Position numbers and translations under genes: made by a program. The notes under the pieces are model-generated. The model saw only the letters and a list, made by a program, of their open reading frames with translations, did no database searches and was not told the origin of the DNA. 64,000 nt of DNA from Candidatus Marinacidobacterium sp. (lineage in GTDB: Bacteria > Acidobacteriota > Vicinamibacteria > Marinacidobacterales > Marinacidobacteraceae). Positions 59,348-64,000 of the stretch are shown here, one piece after another. The number at the start of each line of letters is the position of its first letter. The first letter of the stretch is position 1. The stretch is taken from positions 3,040,001 to 3,104,000 of the forward strand of contig OZ242011.1 in the NCBI GenBank assembly GCA_965204755.1, given 5' to 3'.

Positions 59348-60547
59348 GTGACTTCGACCGCTTCCCGGCGAACGGTTCGGGTACCGGTGAGGCCGGCGCT
59401 GCTTCGGTGGGCTTGCCGCCGGTCCGGGATCGAGAGCGGCGCGGTCGGGAAGCGCTTTCCGAAGTTTCCGGAGTGGGAGCGCGGAGAAACGCAGCCGACG
59501 CTGCGGCAGGTCGAGGAGTTCGCGCGGTTCACCCGCGCGGCGGTCGGTTACCTGTTCCTCCGCGAGCCGCCCGAGGAGACGGTCCCGATCCCCGACTTTC
59601 GCTCGGTCGCCGACCGCCCGCTGCGCCGGCCGAGCCCCGACCTTCTGGACACGATCTTCCTCTGCCAGGAGCGTCAGTACTGGTATCGCCAACACGCGGC
59701 GGCGTCGGGAGAAGCCGCCTCGCGCCTGGTCGGGATGCTCCGCCGGTCGGACGGGCCGGTCGCGGCGGCGGCGAAACTTCGGGAGGCGTTGCGCTTCGGT
59801 TTGGAGGAACGAGCGGAGTGCCCGACCTGGACCGAAGCGCTGCGAAGTTTCCGGGACCGGTGCGAGGACGCGGGCGCGCTGGTGATGACGAGCGGCATCG
59901 TCGGCAGCAACACCCGGAGGAAACTCGATCCGACCGAGTTTCGCGGGTTCGCCCTGTCCGACCCCTCGGCGCCGCTGGTCTTCGTGAACGGCGCCGACGC
60001 GAAAGCGGCGCAGATGTTCACGCTCGCCCATGAGATGGCCCACATCGCGCTCGACGAAACCGCGCTCTCCGACAGTCCGCTCGAACACGAGCCGGATGAT
60101 GCGACGGAGCGCTGGTGCAGCCGGGTCGCGGCCGAATTCCTCGTCCCCTCGGCCGCGCTGCGGAAGAACTACGACGCCCGCATCGGACTCCGGGAAACGC
60201 TGCGGCGGCTGACGCGGCGATTCAAGGTGAGCGCGCTCGTCGCGCTTCGCCGGCTCCGGGACGCGGACCTGGTGCCCGTTTCGACTTACCGGGAACGGTG
60301 GGCGGAAGAAATGGGGCGACTGCGCGCTTCCAAGGGCGGAGGCGGCGACTTCTGCGCGACCCCGGGCTCACGCGCCGGACGCCGATTCGCGCGCTCTCTC
60401 GTCGTGAGCACCCTGGAGGGCCGAACCACCTATTCGGAGGCATTTCGGCTGCTCGGCATTCGCCGGGCGGAGACTTTCCGAAAGGTGGCGGACGGGCGGC
60501 TCGCCCCCGTCAGGAGAACGGAGGGATGCGGGCGAGGACGGCGGTGA
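59348..60547 (+). CDS. Xre-HTH + ImmA/IrrE (M78) metallopeptidase
   Basis: LLRWA...WERGETQPTLRQ, IPDFR, EFRGFAL, FTLAHEMAHI, AAEFLVP, FKVS. Confidence 0.88.
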   Translation: MTSTASRRTVRVPVRPALLRWACRRSGIESGAVGKRFPKFPEWERGETQPTLRQVEEFARFTRAAVGYLFLREPPEETVPIPDFRSVADRPLRRPSPDLLDTIFLCQERQYWYRQHAAASGEAASRLVGMLRRSDGPVAAAAKLREALRFGLEERAECPTWTEALRSFRDRCEDAGALVMTSGIVGSNTRRKLDPTEFRGFALSDPSAPLVFVNGADAKAAQMFTLAHEMAHIALDETALSDSPLEHEPDDATERWCSRVAAEFLVPSAALRKNYDARIGLRETLRRLTRRFKVSALVALRRLRDADLVPVSTYRERWAEEMGRLRASKGGGGDFCATPGSRAGRRFARSLVVSTLEGRTTYSEAFRLLGIRRAETFRKVADGRLAPVRRTEGCGRGRR

Positions 60548-61319
60548 GGTAACCCGGTCTCGACGCCGGGGGCAGGGAGGCGAGTTCCCGGCGGAGGCGG
60601 GCGAGGTCTTCCGGGCGGTCCACATCCCACGACCCCGGCGTCCGGAAGAGATCGACCCCGGCGGCGGCGGCGTTTCGGGAGACGGCGGCGAGGACGCCGT
60701 CGCTTCCCCACGGGACGGCGCGGAAGAGGGAAGACGCCGCCGGGCGCGGCAAACGGCCGACGGCGAGGCCGAGCAGCACGAAGCCGCCGTCCTCGGCGGG
60801 GGCGATGACGGCTTCGCGCTCGGCGAGAGCGGCGAACGCGCCCTCCACCGCCGAGAGCGGGAGCAGCGGGGAGTCGGCGCCGACGACGACCAGGCGCTCG
60901 ACGCCCGCCGCGGCCGCCGCCCCCGCCGCGCGCGAGAGGCGGGCGCCGAGGTCGCCGTCCCCCTGCGGGGCCGGGTTCCAGCCGTCCGGAACGACGAGGC
61001 GCGGGCCGTCCGCGTCGCCCGAACGCTCGTCCGCCTCCCGCGCGGGCCGTTCCCCGGAGCAGCGGAGTTCGAGTTCCACCGGCGGCCCGTCGCCATCCCC
61101 GAGAGCGCTGCCCGTCCGCGACCACCGCGAGAGCCGCCCCAGCAGCGCGTCCGCCATGGCGAACGACAGCGCGGCGGCCTGCGCCGGAGTGAGCGGCGGG
61201 ACGAGGCGCGTCTTCATCCGCCCCGGCGCCTCGTTCCGGGCGAAGACGACCAGCCGCCGCCCCGGCGCCCGCCCCGGATCCCGACGCGGCGCCCGCCCCG
61301 GCGCCCGCCCCGGCGACAA
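60510..61319 (-). CDS. DUF2064/TIGR04282-like glycosyltransferase
   Basis: VFAR...PGRMKTRL, QGDGDLGARL, VGADSP, PAEDGGFVLLG, WDVDRPEDL. Confidence 0.85.
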   Translation of the reverse strand: MSPGRAPGRAPRRDPGRAPGRRLVVFARNEAPGRMKTRLVPPLTPAQAAALSFAMADALLGRLSRWSRTGSALGDGDGPPVELELRCSGERPAREADERSGDADGPRLVVPDGWNPAPQGDGDLGARLSRAAGAAAAAGVERLVVVGADSPLLPLSAVEGAFAALAEREAVIAPAEDGGFVLLGLAVGRLPRPAASSLFRAVPWGSDGVLAAVSRNAAAAGVDLFRTPGSWDVDRPEDLARLRRELASLPPASRPGYLTAVLARIPPFS

Positions 61320-61338
61320 CGACGCGCCGCCCGCGGAC

Positions 61339-63549
61339 CTAGCGACCGACGGCGGCCTCCCCCGCGGCGCGGTTCCCCGGATCGTCCTCCACGCGCACCA
61401 CCACCGTCGCCGCGCCCGCCGGGAAATCCGGGATCACCCCCCCGTACTCCTCCGTCAGCGAGTCCGCGATCCCGTCCAGCGGGCGGAGCACCTGCGGCTC
61501 GCCGCCGTCCACCGAGACATCCGCCCGGCGGATGGGGCTGCCGGCGTCCGTCGCGGTGAACCGCACCGAGCCGTCGCCGCCCACCGTGAGCCCGGAGATC
61601 GTCGGCGGGGTGTTGTCCACCACGAACGGCCGGCTGACCCGCGTCCCGGTGAGCGCCTCGTCGGGCGGGTTGTCCGGGGCGTCCCCGGCCTCCACCCGCA
61701 ACTCGTAGCGGCCGTCCGCCATCGCCGAGGTGTCCCAGGCGACCACCCGCTCCCGGAGCCCGGAGCGCAGCACCCGCCACTCGACTTCGCCGGCGAGTCG
61801 CACGGAGACCCGGTAGCGGAGCCGGTCGCCGTTCGGGTCCGCCGCCTCGAAGGTCGCGGTCCGGATTCCCGGACGGAACAGCCGCCGCCCGCCGCCGAAC
61901 GAGGCCCCGGCGCCGCCGTTCTCCCGCTGCGCCTGCGTGGTCTCCGGCTGCCCCTCCATGCCCTGGAGGCGCGGCGCGGAGGGGTTCAACATCTCCTCGA
62001 ACACCCGGCCCGGCGGGTGCAGCGTGATCGAAGCCACCCGGGGGGCGAGGTTCTCCGGCAGGTAGGCCGCGGTGAGCCCGGTGAGTTCGGGACTCGCCAT
62101 GCCGTCCGACCGGAGCACCGCCCGCCACTGGAGGAACCGCGCCGCCGGGCTCGCGACGGACGCCCCGCTCTCGGCGGCGGCCCAGTCGCTCCAGGTGTCG
62201 TCGGGCTCCTCCGAGTTCCCGGCGCGGGTCTCGACGGCTACGGCGGTCCCCGGCGGCGTGCGGGCCTCCCACTCGATCCGGCCGAACCGCGCGGCGCCGC
62301 CGGCGTCCAGCACCCGCGAGCGGTACCGCCCCTCGGTGCGCGGCCCCGGGCCGAGCGCCAGCACCCGGCCGGGGTTGGACGCGCCGAGGAAGACCGTCTC
62401 GCCATCGGCCACCGCCGCCGTGACCTGCTCCGAGTCCACCCGGAGGACGAGCGCGGCGTCGCCGTCGCGGGAGACCCGGTAGAGCCGCCCCCGGTCGCCG
62501 GTTCCCAGCAGCAGCCGCTCGTCGCGCTGCATGGCGAGCGCCAGCGGGCGGTCCTGGTCCGACTCCCAGATCGCGGTCGCCGCGCCGTTCGGGGCGATCC
62601 GGTAGAGCGCGTTCTTCGCCCCCCCGTTCCCGCCGCCCGACCCGCGCCCGCTCCGGCCGGCCGCCGCAGCCGCAGCCGCCGCCGCGGCGCCGGCGAAGGC
62701 GCGGAAGGAGACCGTGGTGGTCACCCCGGCGGCCGCCGGCGGGGCCTCCGGCGGCCGCGCGGCCGCGGCGCCCGCGGCGTCCCCGCCCTCGCCCTCCGCG
62801 ACCGCCGCGGCGAACACCTCCCCGGCGGCGTTCACCGCGAGCCCCCGGATCTCCGCCTGCGGCGTGTCGTAGAGCGCCATCGCGTCGCCGTCCGCGCCGA
62901 TGCGGAACACGATCCCGGAGGGCTCGACCCCGGCGTGCAGGACGCCGTCGGCGCTCCGGTGGAGCGCGGTCACATTCTCCTCGCGCGCGGAGAAGACCGT
63001 CGCGACCTCCCCGGTCGCCCCGACCCGCAGCACCGCGCCCGGCATCCCGGTGGCGACCAGCACGCCGCCGCCCGGCTCCGGCACGATCGCCCACACATAG
63101 CGCGCTTCCGTCTCGGCGAGCACCGCGCGCTCCCCGCCCGGGGACACGCGCTGCAGGCTTCCGCCGGGAGAGGCGGCGAAATAGACCGAGCCGTCGGCCC
63201 CGACCGCCGCCGCGTGGACGGCCGATTCCCCGGTGTCCGCCAACCGCCGGGGCTCACCGCTCCCGGCGCGGAGCAGCCCGTCGGCGCCGCTGCCGCCGGC
63301 GACCACGCCGCCGGAACCGTCGCTCGCCACGGCCCAGACGAAGGGCTGCTCCGAGTCGTGGAGCGGGCGGAGCGCCGGCGCGAGCCGGACCCGCGCCTCC
63401 GGGCCGACGCTCACGCCCTCGCTCTCGCCGGAGAGGAAGTCGCCGCCGGTCTCGAACCGCCAGAAGTCCCGGCCCCCGGCGAAGGCCAGCCCGGCGAGGG
63501 CGAGTCCGGCGGGGAGCAGCAGCGCCCGCCGCGCCCGAACCCGGCTCAT
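61339..63549 (-). CDS. Secreted beta-propeller protein with C-terminal beta-sandwich
   Basis: Signal peptide, repeated propeller blades, TRAGNS...WSDW...SPAARFLQW, DGRYELRV, VDNTPP. Confidence 0.7.
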   Translation of the reverse strand: MSRVRARRALLLPAGLALAGLAFAGGRDFWRFETGGDFLSGESEGVSVGPEARVRLAPALRPLHDSEQPFVWAVASDGSGGVVAGGSGADGLLRAGSGEPRRLADTGESAVHAAAVGADGSVYFAASPGGSLQRVSPGGERAVLAETEARYVWAIVPEPGGGVLVATGMPGAVLRVGATGEVATVFSAREENVTALHRSADGVLHAGVEPSGIVFRIGADGDAMALYDTPQAEIRGLAVNAAGEVFAAAVAEGEGGDAAGAAAARPPEAPPAAAGVTTTVSFRAFAGAAAAAAAAAAGRSGRGSGGGNGGAKNALYRIAPNGAATAIWESDQDRPLALAMQRDERLLLGTGDRGRLYRVSRDGDAALVLRVDSEQVTAAVADGETVFLGASNPGRVLALGPGPRTEGRYRSRVLDAGGAARFGRIEWEARTPPGTAVAVETRAGNSEEPDDTWSDWAAAESGASVASPAARFLQWRAVLRSDGMASPELTGLTAAYLPENLAPRVASITLHPPGRVFEEMLNPSAPRLQGMEGQPETTQAQRENGGAGASFGGGRRLFRPGIRTATFEAADPNGDRLRYRVSVRLAGEVEWRVLRSGLRERVVAWDTSAMADGRYELRVEAGDAPDNPPDEALTGTRVSRPFVVDNTPPTISGLTVGGDGSVRFTATDAGSPIRRADVSVDGGEPQVLRPLDGIADSLTEEYGGVIPDFPAGAATVVVRVEDDPGNRAAGEAAVGR

Positions 63550-64000
63550 CGGGCCTCCACTTCGATCTCGAGCCGCCTCGTCCCGCTCACCGCCGCGTCG
63601 AAGTCCAGGTGTCCCTCCCAGAGCACGGAACTCGAGAGCGACCGGGTGAAGCCGCCCGAGGAGTCCCTCGACAGCACCGAGCGGACGCTCGGGGGCAGGG
63701 AAGGCAGGTACTCCCCGCCCACCACCGCGGCGGTCCGCCCGGTTCCGGCCAGCCGCACATAGAGCCGGCTCTGCCGACGGTGGCGGCTGATGACCCGGAA
63801 GATCTGCTCCACGCGCCGGGGCGCGCTCCCGGCCCCCTCCGCCCGGTCGGCGGCGGCGGCGGCGCGGGAATCGCCGACCAGCAGTTCCAGCCGCTGGCCG
63901 GCGGCGCTCGCCGGGATCGGGACCGCCAACTCCTTCACCCGCTCCTCCCCCCGGTAGTCGCGGGTGGCCACCTGGAGGGTGACCGTCTCCCCCGGCCGGA
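63546..64000 (-). CDS. C-terminus of a SpoIVB peptidase S55-type protein (truncated by window edge)
   Basis: V.GEYLPSLPPSV motif; overlaps the start of the propeller gene. Confidence 0.55.
   Translation of the reverse strand, partial: RPGETVTLQVATRDYRGEERVKELAVPIPASAAGQRLELLVGDSRAAAAADRAEGAGSAPRRVEQIFRVISRHRRQSRLYVRLAGTGRTAAVVGGEYLPSLPPSVRSVLSRDSSGGFTRSLSSSVLWEGHLDFDAAVSGTRRLEIEVEAR

Overview
High-GC bacterial chromosomal window; gene content (GWxTD protein, TonB-C protein, S55 partner genes, BNR glycosyl hydrolase) suggests Acidobacteriota (inference). Housekeeping blocks: lysS-lolC/E-lolD-clpC-bamA-skp-fabZ-like-tonB-spoIID-miaA-recG; rsmD-coaD-aminotransferase; mltG-S41-GWxTD; hflX, rsgA; tRNA-Thr, tRNA-fMet; pheST. 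Accessory/defence genes: McrBC-like pair, orphan DUF1156 methylase, two ABC-ATPase/TOPRIM modules, ImmA/IrrE protein. Main novel signal: three small stand-alone BECR-fold (PBECR2-like) putative RNase genes, each followed right after its stop codon by a structured non-coding element with covarying stems and a pseudoknot or kissing loop. Two element families occur. Family A forms a 4-copy ~350-bp tandem array behind the divergent nuclease. Family B has 6 copies, five of them behind the two paralogous nucleases and one after the DUF1156 gene. This looks like an undescribed RNase + ncRNA system (type III toxin-antitoxin-like or RNA-guided). The window also appears depleted of AGCT and ACGT, with replacements matching 5mC deamination. 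All family assignments come from motif recognition, not database searches.
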